Below are positions 30,997-41,246 of a stretch of DNA of 64,000 nt, piece after piece; positions within the stretch are counted from its first letter, which is position 1, and each line of letters begins with the position of its first letter. A program made the position numbers and the translations under genes. Under the pieces are notes generated by a model, which was not told the origin of the DNA, made no database searches, and worked only from the letters and a program-made list of their open reading frames with translations. Source of the stretch: an uncultured Acidobacteriota bacterium. GTDB taxonomy: Bacteria; Acidobacteriota; UBA6911. Location of the stretch: the NCBI GenBank assembly GCA_963843575.1, contig CAWJKZ010000025.1, forward strand, positions 160,001 to 224,000. Direction: 5' to 3'.

Positions 30997-32197
30997 ATGT
31001 TGATCGGGATTCCCCAGGAGACGTTTCCCGGTGAACGGCGCGTCGCGCTGGTACCCGCGGTTATCCCAAGCCTGAAAAAGGCCGGCTTCGACGTCCTGGT
31101 GCAGTCGGGCGCCGGCGCCGAGGCCGGCTACACCGACGCCTCGTACCAGGACAAAGGCGCCGCTATTGCGCCGGCGCGGGCAGACGTGTTCCGGCAGGCG
31201 GACGTGGTGTTGCAGGTCCTGGGCTACGGCTCCAACGACAGGACGGGCCGCGACGATCTCGCCCTGCTCCGGCCCGGCCAGGTGCTGATCGGGTTCATGC
31301 GGCCCCTGGGAACCGTCCAGACCATCCAGGAGCTGGCGGCGACGGGTGCGACGGTCTTCTCCATCGAGCTGATGCCGCGCATCACCCGCGCCCAGAGCAT
31401 GGACGCGCTGTCGTCGATGGCGACCATCTGCGGCTACAAGGCGGTGCTGCTGGCCGCCGACACGCTGCCGCGCGTCTTCCCGATGCTCACCACCGCGGCC
31501 GGCACCATCACACCGGCGCGCGTTTTCGTCATCGGGGCCGGCGTCGTCGGGCTCCAGGCGATCGCCACCGCCAGGCGTCTGGGTGCGGTCGTGTCGGCCT
31601 ACGACGTCCGCGCCGCTTCCAAGGAGCAGGTGCAGAGCGTGGGCGGCCGTTTCGTCGAGCTGCCGATCGAGGCCGAGGATGCCGAGGACCGGCGCGGGTA
31701 CGCCAAAGCCCAGGACGAAGGCTTCTACCAGCGCCAGCGCGAACTGCTCGGACGCGTCGTCGCCGAGAGCGACGTCGTCATCACCGCCGCCGTCGTGCCC
31801 GGCCGCAAGTCGCCCGTGCTGGTCACCCGGGAGATGGTTCAGAAGATGGCGCCCGGCTCCGTGATCGTCGACTGCGGCCTCGGAGCGCGGGGGCAACTGC
31901 GAACTGACGCGGCCCGGCCAGCTCGCGGTGGAGTACGGCGTCACCCTGATCGGCTACATCAACCTGGCCAGCACCGTCCCCTATCACGCCAGCCAGATGT
32001 ACGCCCGGAACGTCAGCGCCTTCGTCCTGCACCTGTTCCGCGACGGCAAACTCAACCTCGACACGCAGGACGAGATCACGCGGGAGACGCTGCTGACGCA
32101 CGGCGGAGCGGTCGTCAACCCGCGGGTGCGCGAGTTCTTCTCCCTGCCCCCTTCCCCCGCCGCAGGCGGCGGCCAACAAAAGGAGGATGCCCTGTGA
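30997..32197 (+). CDS. pntA: NAD(P) transhydrogenase subunit alpha, part 1 (frameshift near 31875)
   Basis: GERRVALVP, MPRITRAQSMDALSS, GAGVVGLQAIATARRLGA, GYAK; C-terminus ASQMYARN in a second frame. Confidence 0.93.
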
Positions 32198-32490
32198 CTT
32201 CGGATCTCACCACCAGCCTGTACGTTTTCGTGCTGGCCGGCTTTATCGGTTTCGAGGTGATTCGCCGCGTCTCCCCGCTGCTGCACACGCCTTTGATGTC
32301 GCTGACCAACGCCCTGGACGCCATCGCCGTCGTGGGCGCCATCGTGCTGGCCGGCGAGGGGCGAGGCACCTTGGCGACCGTGCTGGGCACCGTGGCCGTG
32401 GTCGCGGCCACCAGCAACGTGGTCGGCGGGTTCCTCATCACGGATCGAATGCTGGGCATGTTCAAGGCAAGCCGAACGAAAAAACCATGA
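32194..32490 (+). CDS. NAD(P) transhydrogenase subunit alpha, part 2 (membrane)
   Basis: GTG start overlapping the upstream TGA; LHTPLMSLTNAL, NVVGGFLITDRMLGMF. Confidence 0.92.
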   Translation: MTSDLTTSLYVFVLAGFIGFEVIRRVSPLLHTPLMSLTNALDAIAVVGAIVLAGEGRGTLATVLGTVAVVAATSNVVGGFLITDRMLGMFKASRTKKP

Positions 32491-33881
32491 GCCAGACGCA
32501 CACGACTGAACAAGTGATCCAGATCGCCTACCTGATCGCCACGGTGCTGTTCATCCTCTCGCTGCGCTGGATGAGCTCGCCCTCCAGCGCCCGCCGCGGC
32601 GTCCGCGCGGGCGAACTCGGCATGCTCATCGCCATCGTGGCCACCCTGCTGCACCAGAACATCATCGACTACCGGTGGATCGCCGTCGGGCTGGTGCTCG
32701 GATCGGGCATCGGGGTTCCCCTCGGCCTCGTACAGATGACCGCCGTGCCGCAGCGGACCGCGCTCAGCCACGCCTTCGGCGCGCTGTGCGTCACGCTGGT
32801 CGGCACCGCCGAGTACTACGTTTCCGCCCCGGGGCTGCCCCCGTTCACCATGGCGGTGCTCGCCCTGGAGGTCATCCTCGGCAGCCTGACGTTCACCGGC
32901 AGCCTCATGGCGGCGGGGAAGCTCCAGGAAGTGCTGCCGCAGCGCCCGATCACCTACAGGGGGCAGAACTTCGTCAACCTGTCCCTGCTCGGCGTGTCGC
33001 TGGTGGTCGCCGTCGTCCTGGTGCTCCACCCCGAACAGACCTTCCTGTTTCCGTTGATCATCGTCATCCCGCTCGCCTTCGGGGTCATGATGATCGTCCC
33101 GATCGGCGGGGCGGACATGCCAACCGTCGTGTCGCTGCTGAACTCGTACGCAGGCCTCTCGGCGGCGGCCATGGGCTTCGTCGTCGACAGCAAGCTCCTG
33201 ATCGTCGCGGGGGCGCTCGACGGATCGTCCGGGTTCATCCTGTCGGTGATCATGTCCAAGGCGATGAACCGCTCGTTCACCAACGTGCTGTTCGGCGCCT
33301 TCGGCCAGATCCAGCCCGCAGCCGCCGCGGCCGGTCAGGCCCGCCCGGTTCGGACCGCGAGCCCCGAGGAAGCCGCCTCCATTCTGGCCTCCGCCAACAC
33401 CGTGGCGATCATTCCCGGCTACGGCATGGCCGTCGCCCAGGCCCAGCACAACGTGCGCGAACTCTACGACGCCCTCGCCAAACGCGGGATCGACGTGAAG
33501 TTCGGCATTCACCCCGTCGCAGGCCGCATGCCGGGTCACATGAACGTGCTACTCGCCGAAGCCAACATCCCGTACGACCGCCTGCTCGACATGGACGAGA
33601 TCAACCCGGAAATGGCCCAGACCGACGTCGCCCTGATCATCGGGGCCAACGACGTCACAAATCCCGCAGCCCGCACCGATCAGTCGAGCCCCATCTTCGG
33701 CATGCCCATCATCGACGTCGACAAGGCTCGCACCGTGATGGTGATCAAACGCAGCATGAGCCCCGGTTTCGCGGGCATCGACAACCCGCTGTACTACCTC
33801 GACAAAACCCTGATGCTGTTCGGCGACGCCAAGAAATTCGTCGGCGACATCGTCAAGGAGATGTCCGGCTCAGGGCACTGA
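32487..33881 (+). CDS. pntB: NAD(P) transhydrogenase subunit beta
   Basis: IGGADMPTVVSLLNSYAG, PGYGMAVAQAQH, HPVAGRMPGHMNVLLAEA, GANDVTNPAA. Confidence 0.96.
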   Translation: MSQTHTTEQVIQIAYLIATVLFILSLRWMSSPSSARRGVRAGELGMLIAIVATLLHQNIIDYRWIAVGLVLGSGIGVPLGLVQMTAVPQRTALSHAFGALCVTLVGTAEYYVSAPGLPPFTMAVLALEVILGSLTFTGSLMAAGKLQEVLPQRPITYRGQNFVNLSLLGVSLVVAVVLVLHPEQTFLFPLIIVIPLAFGVMMIVPIGGADMPTVVSLLNSYAGLSAAAMGFVVDSKLLIVAGALDGSSGFILSVIMSKAMNRSFTNVLFGAFGQIQPAAAAAGQARPVRTASPEEAASILASANTVAIIPGYGMAVAQAQHNVRELYDALAKRGIDVKFGIHPVAGRMPGHMNVLLAEANIPYDRLLDMDEINPEMAQTDVALIIGANDVTNPAARTDQSSPIFGMPIIDVDKARTVMVIKRSMSPGFAGIDNPLYYLDKTLMLFGDAKKFVGDIVKEMSGSGH

Positions 33882-33958
33882 GCGCCGAGTGGGCGGAGCG
33901 GCTCGACCTCGCCCCGGTTGGTCCACGGGGCCGCGTCGAACCGCCGCGGCCCACACAA

Positions 33959-34840
33959 TCACTGCCGCACTTCTATGCCGGTCATCGTCGCGCCGACGTA
34001 GTTAGCCGGCAAGCCTGCCCCGGGCAACTCCGTCAGCATGAGGTAGACCTGAGACCCCGATTCCGACAGCACGCCCTCCAGGACGAGCGTCACTTCCCCC
34101 ACCTGGGTCACCTTGACCCATCCGTCCTCGCTGACCGTATAGGCAGCGACGGTTGCCGTCGGGAACACGAAGCCGTTGAAAGACTCCACGACCGTCGCCT
34201 GCCCCGCTCCCTGGCCATCGGCCGTAGTCCGTCCCACCATGGCGAAGGGCCCGTTGAGCAGGGCCAGAGGGTGGCCTTCCGGGAGCATGATCGTCCCGGA
34301 GTATCGCGCGGAGTAGCTGCCGCAGAGGTCGGCCGCGGACCAGCCCCACGACTTGGCCTGCCGGGTAAGGGAAGCGGTGGCTGCCATCCCGACATACCCT
34401 GGCGGAAGCGGCGGCTCCGTGATCGCAGTCGGGATCAGCCGCACCTGTTTCCCCTCGTCGAAAAGTACGCCAGAAGTCTCGAACGTGATCCGGCCGGTCG
34501 GCGCAGGGTAGGTCAACACCATCTTCAGGGTACCGTCGCTGGCGACCCCGTATGTCCCGGTCCCCGCGTTGCGCATGATCGTGCCGTTGTAGGACTCGAT
34601 GAACTTGGCGGCAAGGTTCCCGTTCCCGTCCGCAACCACCCGCCCCACAAGCCCGTAGGGCCCATTCAGGGCCGCAAGGGGCCCTCCGGCGAAGTTGACG
34701 GTCCCCGTCCACTGCGACGCATAGCTCCCTGAGAAATCGGCGTTCGTATAGCCCCAGTTCTTGGCATTCCCCTCGGGTAAAGGCGCCCATACCACCCATA
34801 AGACCGCGAAAGCAGAAATCAGCAGCGCTCGACGAGACAT
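33959..34840 (-). CDS. Secreted hypothetical protein with two tandem homologous beta domains
   Basis: Signal peptide; repeats WGYTNADFSGSY...ALNGPYGLVGRVVADGNG...ESYNG and WGWSAADLCGSY...LLNGPFAMVGRTTADGQG...ESFNG. Confidence 0.75.
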   Translation of the reverse strand: MSRRALLISAFAVLWVVWAPLPEGNAKNWGYTNADFSGSYASQWTGTVNFAGGPLAALNGPYGLVGRVVADGNGNLAAKFIESYNGTIMRNAGTGTYGVASDGTLKMVLTYPAPTGRITFETSGVLFDEGKQVRLIPTAITEPPLPPGYVGMAATASLTRQAKSWGWSAADLCGSYSARYSGTIMLPEGHPLALLNGPFAMVGRTTADGQGAGQATVVESFNGFVFPTATVAAYTVSEDGWVKVTQVGEVTLVLEGVLSESGSQVYLMLTELPGAGLPANYVGATMTGIEVRQ

Positions 34841-35574
34841 AGGCCCCCTCCTCATCAGTCTTTCGTTCTTGAGTTTGCTGTTCTACCCGCTCAGTACTCG
34901 TGTCCCCAAATACGCTAACCTGCTCTGGTTGCGCGGATTCGCGTGAAACAGTCAAATCCGCCGAGATCGGCGTTCTGCCGCGTCTATCGGTGAACAGCTC
35001 CATCCCAAGAGTACGTCAGCGTGCTTAGGAAATCGGGTACTCCGCTGCTATCTAGAGTGCCACAATCGCCTTCGGACGCACAGCGAAACCTGATCGGGAA
35101 AGGGAGCGGCCGCGAGGGAGGTTGGGGTCCCGCGGGTCGGGATTGGCCGGTCGAAAGAATGCTGGACTTCGCCTGCAATCCTGGGTTAATTTGGAGCCAA
35201 TCGATTGAGGATATTTCGATCCGTTCCTGGTGTGAGTCCCCTGCGCATCAGAAACCGAAGAGGCAAAGAGCTATATTTTAAAATAAGAAGCATTGGACAA
35301 ATAACATTCCCCCCCGACCTGATAACAGTGTCTGGGCCTCCCGGTTTCCAGGAGACTTCAGATGGAACTCTTGACCTCTCCGATACTTACGCATCTGGCT
35401 TCTGCGATCCTGATGTTTGTCGCAGGTTTCTATTTCGGCACGTCAAAGGCCGAACGCCGCAACAAGCGCTACCGGAGAATCTGGGGTATCTGACCGGACG
35501 CCGCCGCCGTTCCGCACCGAACACGAAATCGTTGGCAACTCCCCTTGCCGATCCCATCTGGATAGGTAACAACA

Positions 35575-35850
35575 ATGTCCGAAGTCATCATGCAGTCTTA
35601 CATCAAGCAGATCCGGAGCTTGCTTTTATCCGCCGGGCTCGATGGACCGGAACTGATCGCCATTGCCCTCATACTGCTGTGCATAACGGTGCCCTGGGTC
35701 AGGATTTTCAGAAAGGCCGGATATAATCCGGGGGTCGGGATCCTGATGCTCATCCCGCCGATAAACATCTTCCTGTTTCTGCTGTTCGCCTACCACGAGT
35801 GGCCGATCGAGCGGGAACGCATTCACGGTTCGTCGCACACGTGGTACTAG
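35575..35850 (+). CDS. Small membrane protein (IFRKAG...IPxxN...WP type)
   Basis: PWVRIFRKAGYNPGVGILMLIPPINIFLFLLFAYHEWP, a recurrent small membrane-protein pattern. Confidence 0.65.
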   Translation: MSEVIMQSYIKQIRSLLLSAGLDGPELIAIALILLCITVPWVRIFRKAGYNPGVGILMLIPPINIFLFLLFAYHEWPIERERIHGSSHTWY

Positions 35851-36059
35851 GGGTCCGTCCAGAATAACAGGTCCACTTTGCTGCAGGCCCCCAGGCCCGC
35901 TGACAAGGCGCGAGCGACGAGCATACCCGGGGTGGTATGTAAGGAGCGAGCAACGCTGTCAGCGGGCCTGCGTCCCCACATCGCCTGCGTCGCGGCGCCT
36001 TGCATCTGCCCTCCCGGCGCTCGCGCCAAGTGGGCCTGTTATTCTGTGACAGACCCTAG
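35847..36059. mobile_element. MITE with about 30-bp imperfect terminal inverted repeats and CTAG at both ends
   Basis: Left end ctaggggtccgtccagaataacaggtccactt; reverse complement of right end ctagggtctgtcacagaataacaggcccactt; no transposase inside. Confidence 0.8.
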
Positions 36060-36175
36060 GGTGATCTCGGTGTCGAAGAGGGCCAAAAGTGCGGCAACCG
36101 CGGCGGCAGGGCTGTGGCCGCGTCTTCCTTGATTGGTCTCTCCTGCGCGCCCCTTCCAGATCGGGTCAATGGGGG

Positions 36176-37108
36176 CTACCCTGCGGTCGTCGCCCATTTC
36201 TCCAGGAGTGCCCGGGTCACGCCGGCGCCGCCGCAGACGATCACCAGGACGGGTCCGACACCGCGCAGCGCGGGAGCTTGCTCGTAGGCTGCGGCAAGCG
36301 AGGCGCCGCAGGCCGGTTCGACCAGGACCCGGTGATCATCGGCAAAGCGCAGGCACGCCTCGACGGCAGACCGGTCGCTCACCACCCAAGGAACGATTTC
36401 CCGCCGGCCGGCCCAGGCAAGCGCCGCAGGCGCAACAGTCCGGGCTCCTAGGGTCGTCGCCAGCGACGTGATGGCCTCCAGCGTGACCAGCCGGCCCGCG
36501 GCGACCGATGCCGCGAATGAGTCGGCCCCGCGGGTTTCCACGGCGAGTATCGGCACATCGCCCCATCCCACGTCGCTCATTCCCTGCGCGACGCCGCAGA
36601 GAAGCCCTCCACCTCCTACCGAAACCACGACCGCGCCGGGCTTGATCCCGCTTTCGGCTGCCTCGTGCAGCATGGTGGCATGCCCGGCCCACGCCCTCGG
36701 ATCGTCGAAGGGATGGATATAAGCCGCCCCGGGCCCATCAGCCAGCCGGACGGCGTACATGTGGGAGTCGTCCCACGCCTCCCCGAACTCGGTCACCTCG
36801 GCACCTTCCCCGAGTATGAGGTCGCGGGAGCGGTTCGAGGTGCGGCTCGGAACGACAATCGTGACCGGCACGCCGAGCCGCCGCCCAGCGTAGGCCACCG
36901 CGTAACCGGCGTTTCCTCCGGAGGAGGAGACGAGACGCCCGGCCCCCTGTTCGACGGCGTCCTGGCAGGCAGCCCCCATACCCCGTAGCTTGAACGACCC
37001 GACGGGTTGAAGCGCTTCCATTTTCAGGAAAACCGGTGCTCGCAGGAGCTGGCCCATCGGGCGCGAGTCCCACAACGGCGTGCGGTGGTGCAAAGCAGTG
37101 AGGGTCAT
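36176..37108 (-). CDS. PLP-dependent L-serine/threonine dehydratase (eukaryote SDS-like)
   Basis: LKMEALQPVGSFKLRG, SSGGNAG, HPFDDP, SVGGGGLLCG, LVEPACGASLA, IVCGG. Confidence 0.9.
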   Translation of the reverse strand: MTLTALHHRTPLWDSRPMGQLLRAPVFLKMEALQPVGSFKLRGMGAACQDAVEQGAGRLVSSSGGNAGYAVAYAGRRLGVPVTIVVPSRTSNRSRDLILGEGAEVTEFGEAWDDSHMYAVRLADGPGAAYIHPFDDPRAWAGHATMLHEAAESGIKPGAVVVSVGGGGLLCGVAQGMSDVGWGDVPILAVETRGADSFAASVAAGRLVTLEAITSLATTLGARTVAPAALAWAGRREIVPWVVSDRSAVEACLRFADDHRVLVEPACGASLAAAYEQAPALRGVGPVLVIVCGGAGVTRALLEKWATTAG

Positions 37109-37204
37109 GTACTCCCCCGGCAGAAAAGGTCAAGCTTGTGAAACAGGAAACACCCTGTCATCGTATTGGTTTACTTCATGTCCTGCAACGTGCAGGTAGC
37201 AACT

Positions 37205-37900
37205 ATGTATAAGCTGATAAACCTGATCGTCCTCCTCGTCCTCTGCGCCCCGCCGCTTGCCGAAGCGAGCGCCGAAGACCTGAAACACGCGCAGGAAGAA
37301 CTGATTCGGAAGACGGCGGCCTACGGCGACGAACTGGTCAAGCTGCTGTCCATCGAGGAGGCTGCGCGCGAGGCCGTCGAGCGGGGCCTCCCAAAGCGCC
37401 GCGAGCTTTATGCCGGCGGTCTGATATCGAGACAGGAGCTGGAGCAGAGTGAGGCCAGGCTGCACGAAGCCGATGCCCGCTTGCGGGAACTGAGGCGGCA
37501 AATTACTGAATCAGCGGACCTTGTTGCAGAAGTACGGCTGGCTCTCGAGACGCCGTCCACCGAAGGGCAGGATGCCACGGTTATTCGCTTCGAAGGGCAG
37601 GCGCCCTGGAAGCCGGACGCGCTTTCGACGATCGAGAGCTTCTACGTCCGCCGTTTCGGCGAAGACCTGCCGGTCAGCGCCGTCGGCCAGACGGCCCTGC
37701 ACAACAGGTTCGGTCTGCTGCACACCACCGCAGTCGATATCGCGCTGCACCCGGACAGCCCCCAGGGGCTGGCACTGCTGGAGTTCCTGCGAAAATCGGG
37801 GACGCCCTTTATCGCCTTCCGGACGTCGGTCCCTGGATCCGCCACCGGAGCCCACATCCACATTGGACCACCCTCGCAGCGCATCCACATGGCGCTCTGA
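37205..37900 (+). CDS. Exported hypothetical protein: coiled coil plus C-terminal HxH (peptidase M15-like) domain
   Basis: Signal peptide; heptad region (LYAGGLISRQELEQSE); LHTTAVDIALHPD...GAHIHIG. Confidence 0.65.
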   Translation: MYKLINLIVLLVLCAPPLAEASAEDLKHAQEELIRKTAAYGDELVKLLSIEEAAREAVERGLPKRRELYAGGLISRQELEQSEARLHEADARLRELRRQITESADLVAEVRLALETPSTEGQDATVIRFEGQAPWKPDALSTIESFYVRRFGEDLPVSAVGQTALHNRFGLLHTTAVDIALHPDSPQGLALLEFLRKSGTPFIAFRTSVPGSATGAHIHIGPPSQRIHMAL

Positions 37901-37980
37901 CAGAAAGTGAGCATCGCCCGGCCAAGGCCCAGGTAGGGCAGGTCAACCGCGAGACGGGCTGCAGCGGGACGCGCTGGGGG

Positions 37981-39033
37981 CTATTTCTTGTCTTTCTTGG
38001 CGGTGTAGCCCTTCTTGGTCCGCGCCACGAGACCCGGCTTCTTCAACTTGACTTCGACTTTGCGGAACTTGCCGTCGTGTTTGGGGTTGCTCGAGTAGTA
38101 GCCGATGCTGTACTGGCTGGCCAGTTCCTTGGCGACCTCCTCGAATGCGTAGTCAAGGTCCTGGTTTCCGTCAAAGACCAGGCCTCCGCTGAACTCCGAC
38201 AATTTCAGCAGATAGCTGTGACCGGCCATGTAATCGCCGGTTCTTCCCCCGGGGTAGCCGCCCGGATAGCCGCCAATCCTCGGCCGTGAACCGATGACCG
38301 GGGGCAGGCCTCCGCCGGGGTACGGGTAACCACCGACGGTGGGGCCGAGGCCGCCGGTACGGTATTGGTCCGCCTCCGTGTTGTAGTAGACACTATAGAC
38401 GGTCGCGTAAGTCTCTTTGGCCAGGTCGAGTGTCTCGCCCATCGACGCCTTGCGGCTGCACGTGTCCACCCCGTCGGTGAAAAGCACCAGCGCCTTGCGC
38501 TGTTGGACCGGCTTGAGCACCTCGTCGAGGGCGAGCCAGACGGCTTCGTACTCGACCGTGCATCCGCCCGAGCGGGTCTTTTTGATCCCGTACTCGTTCT
38601 TGTTCCGGTCCATGGTGAAGTCTTCCTGGAGTTTGGTGTCCTCGGCAAACGACAGCACGGCCACCTCGTCGTCGGGGTGGAGCTTGTTGACAAATTCGAT
38701 GGCCGCGTTCTGGATGTTGGCCAGCTGCAGTTCGGTGCTGCCGCTGGTGTCGAGCGCCAGGGCGACCGAAACCGGCTCGTCGGTAGCCGCGAAGCCGGCG
38801 ATGGTCTGCTCGACGCCGTCTTCGAATACCCGGAAGTCGTCTTTGGCGAGGTCGATGACGCGCTTTCCCGCCTGCGTCGTGACAACCACCGGGAGAGACA
38901 CCATCTCGACGTTGACGCGGATCGCCTGATCGTCGGCAGCCGGTTTTTTCTGGGCCCGGGTCTGCTGAGGCCCCGCGCAGAGCAGCGCGGCGAGAACTGC
39001 ACCTGCACACATCCTGATCGTGTTGTCTGACAT
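37981..39033 (-). CDS. VWFA-related acidobacterial domain protein
   Basis: IRVNVEMVSLPVVV, DFRVFEDGVEQ, MIDAS LDTSGS, LFTDGVD, ELASQYSIGYYS...DGKFRKVEV. Confidence 0.92.
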   Translation of the reverse strand: MSDNTIRMCAGAVLAALLCAGPQQTRAQKKPAADDQAIRVNVEMVSLPVVVTTQAGKRVIDLAKDDFRVFEDGVEQTIAGFAATDEPVSVALALDTSGSTELQLANIQNAAIEFVNKLHPDDEVAVLSFAEDTKLQEDFTMDRNKNEYGIKKTRSGGCTVEYEAVWLALDEVLKPVQQRKALVLFTDGVDTCSRKASMGETLDLAKETYATVYSVYYNTEADQYRTGGLGPTVGGYPYPGGGLPPVIGSRPRIGGYPGGYPGGRTGDYMAGHSYLLKLSEFSGGLVFDGNQDLDYAFEEVAKELASQYSIGYYSSNPKHDGKFRKVEVKLKKPGLVARTKKGYTAKKDKK

Positions 39034-39146
39034 GGCTGCGCCTCGCCTCCGGTTAATAGATGCGATCCACGCCCGGAACGGGTCACTCGTTTCCTCAGTT
39101 TAACAGAACCACCGAGTGCAACTGTCCGGGATAGGCCAGATAAAAA

Positions 39147-39194
39147 GACGTCCGGGCTGAAGCCCGGACCCACTTGGCTGAAGCCCGGACCCAC
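39147..39194. repeat. REP-like palindrome family A (one full and one partial copy)
   Basis: gacgtccgggctgaagcccggacccac followed by ggctgaagcccggacccac. Confidence 0.85.
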
Positions 39195-39263
39195 AATCCG
39201 GAGATTTTTTCGCTCAAAAGCAGCGGGCGGGGTTGAACAGGCGACAGGGGGCATCGACGCGCC

Positions 39264-40799
39264 ATGCTCTTCCGGGTTCAATCCGCTGCGGTCTTCGGCA
39301 TCAAAGCCTACCTGGTCGCGGTCGAGGTCGACCTGGCCGCGGGCAAGAAGATGAACTTCATGACCGTTGGCCTGCCCGACACGGCGGTGCGGGAGAGCAG
39401 TGAGCGGGTGAGGGCGGCGCTGCGCAACTGCGGCTATCAGCTGCCGCCGCAGCGTATTACCATCAACCTGGCTCCTGCCGACGTGCGCAAGGAAGGATCG
39501 GCCTTCGACCTACCGATGGCAATCGGCATTCTCGGGGCAGCGGGCTCGGTACGTACGCAGAACCTGTCCGGCTATCTCTTCCTGGGAGAGCTGTCGCTCG
39601 ACGGCTCGATCCGGCCGGTGAAGGGAACCCTTTCGATGGCCGTCATGGCCCGGGAGAAGGGGCTCGGGCGGCTCGTGCTTCCCGAGGCCAACGCCGGCGA
39701 GGGCGCCGTGGTTGACGGCGTCCACGCCTTTCCCGTACGCACTCTCCCCCAGGTGGTCGAGCTGCTCAACGGACGCGCCCCCTGGATTCCGCTGGTCGTG
39801 GATCGGCGGCAACTGCTGGAGCAGAACGGGGTCTACGAGGTGGACTTCCGGGACGTGCGGGGACAGTACCAGGCCAAGCGCGCGCTCGAGGTCGCAACGG
39901 CCGGCGGGCACAACATCATCCTCATCGGGCCGCCCGGCTCCGGCAAAACGATGCTCGCGCGGCGGCTGCCGACCATTTTGCCCGCCATGACCTTCGAGGA
40001 GGCGATCGAGACGACCAAGATCCACTCGGTCGCGGGCCTGCTTTCGGAAAAGAACGGTCTGGTCGCGATTCGCCCGTTTCGCGCGCCGCACCACACGATC
40101 TCCGACGGCGGGCTGATCGGCGGCGGCAGCACGCCGAGGCCGGGCGAGGTCAGCCTGGCGCACAACGGGGTGCTGTTTCTCGACGAATTCCCCGAGTTCC
40201 AGCGACACGTGCTCGACGTCTTGCGCCAGCCGCTCGAGGACGGCGACGTGACGATCAGCCGGGCGTCGATGTCGCTGACCTTTCCGGCGCGCTTCATGCT
40301 GGCCGCCGCAATGAACCCCTGCCAGTGCGGCTGGTCGGGCGATCCCGAAACACGAATGCACCTGCACGGTGCCGCTCATCCAGCGCTACCTCGCCCGCAT
40401 CTCCGGGCCGCTGCTCGACCGCATCGACCTGCACATCCGGGTGCCGGCCGTGAAATACAAGGAGCTCGCGCAGGACGAGACAGCCGAAGCCTCGGCGGCG
40501 ATCCGCGAGCGCATCGTCGCGGCCGGCAGATCCAGTTCCGCCGCCTGGAGGCCTTCGGTTTGTTCTGCAACGCACAGATGACGCCGCGCACGCTGCGCCG
40601 CTTCTGCAAGCTCGACTCGGAGTCCGAGAAGCAGATGGAAAACGCCATCACGCGGCTCGGGCTGTCGGCGCGCGCCTACGACCGGATCCTCCGCGTCTCG
40701 CGGACGATCGCCGACCTGGCCGGCGAGGAGAAGATCCAGGCGCGGCACGTCTCCGAAGCCATCCAGTACCGCACCCTCGACCGCACCTACTGGCAGTGA
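39264..40799 (+). CDS. comM: YifB/ComM Mg-chelatase-like AAA+ ATPase (compensating frameshifts at about 40355-40520)
   Basis: VGLPDTAVRES, NLAPADVRKEGSAFDLP, GPPGSGKTMLARRL, RPGEVSLAHNGVLFLDE; RISGPLLDRIDL in the alternate frame; LSARAYDRILRVSRTIADL. Confidence 0.93.
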   Translation: MLFRVQSAAVFGIKAYLVAVEVDLAAGKKMNFMTVGLPDTAVRESSERVRAALRNCGYQLPPQRITINLAPADVRKEGSAFDLPMAIGILGAAGSVRTQNLSGYLFLGELSLDGSIRPVKGTLSMAVMAREKGLGRLVLPEANAGEGAVVDGVHAFPVRTLPQVVELLNGRAPWIPLVVDRRQLLEQNGVYEVDFRDVRGQYQAKRALEVATAGGHNIILIGPPGSGKTMLARRLPTILPAMTFEEAIETTKIHSVAGLLSEKNGLVAIRPFRAPHHTISDGGLIGGGSTPRPGEVSLAHNGVLFLDEFPEFQRHVLDVLRQPLEDGDVTISRASMSLTFPARFMLAAAMNPCQCGWSGDPETRMHLHGAAHPALPRPHLRAAARPHRPAHPGAGREIQGARAGRDSRSLGGDPRAHRRGRQIQFRRLEAFGLFCNAQMTPRTLRRFCKLDSESEKQMENAITRLGLSARAYDRILRVSRTIADLAGEEKIQARHVSEAIQYRTLDRTYWQ

Positions 40800-40841
40800 G
40801 GAACCGAATCGACTCCGGGTTCAGTCGTCGTGAGGGGAGTC

Positions 40842-40985
40842 GTGGCGAGGACGATTCTTCTTGTCGAAGATCACGAAGGGGTGGCCAGGGTCACAAGAAA
40901 TGATCTGATTCTGACGGATATCGGGCGAGGGGTCCGATGGACGGCATCGAAGCCGCGCACCTGCTGGCAGTGACGCCGCAGAGAG
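40842..40985 (+). pseudogene. Remnant of a receiver-domain response regulator
   Basis: After RBS GAGGGGAG: MARTILLVEDHEGVARVTRNDLILTDIG, then frameshifted PMDGIEAAHLL; internal deletion and truncation. Confidence 0.6.
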
Positions 40986-41246
40986 AACGGCGTCGCATCA
41001 CGGGTTTCCGCGGATTCTCACGAATCGGGTCCATGCCCGACTGGGCGGCTGGTGTCGCCTGCACGGAGGAGTGCACCGCTCTGCCGATCCGTGCCGGTCC
41101 TTCCTGGTTTTTCCCTTGACTCGCCGTGTATTTGGATATAGGTAAGAGACAAGAGAAATGAATGTCGACTACTACCGCGACTAGCACCAACGGCTAAAAT
41201 GCTCTGAGCACGGCAACTCGACGTTGTTTTTTCCTGGTGCGCGCAG

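Noticed and set aside
30997-32490. Single fused 497-aa PntA
   Set aside because: Artefact of the frameshift near 31875; the alpha1 stop overlaps the alpha2 GTG start, the usual three-gene arrangement.
32675-34732. Long alternative-frame and antisense ORFs (e.g. 32675-34732, 28798-30579, 58381-59958, 61637-63391, 9497-11011)
   Set aside because: Shadow ORFs overlapping well-supported genes, expected at high GC, and Arg/Pro/Gly-rich without motifs.
41116-41142. Sigma-70 promoter for the RiPP cluster (ttgact...tatagg)
   Set aside because: The spacer is only 15 bp and the -10 is weak; plausible but unsupported.
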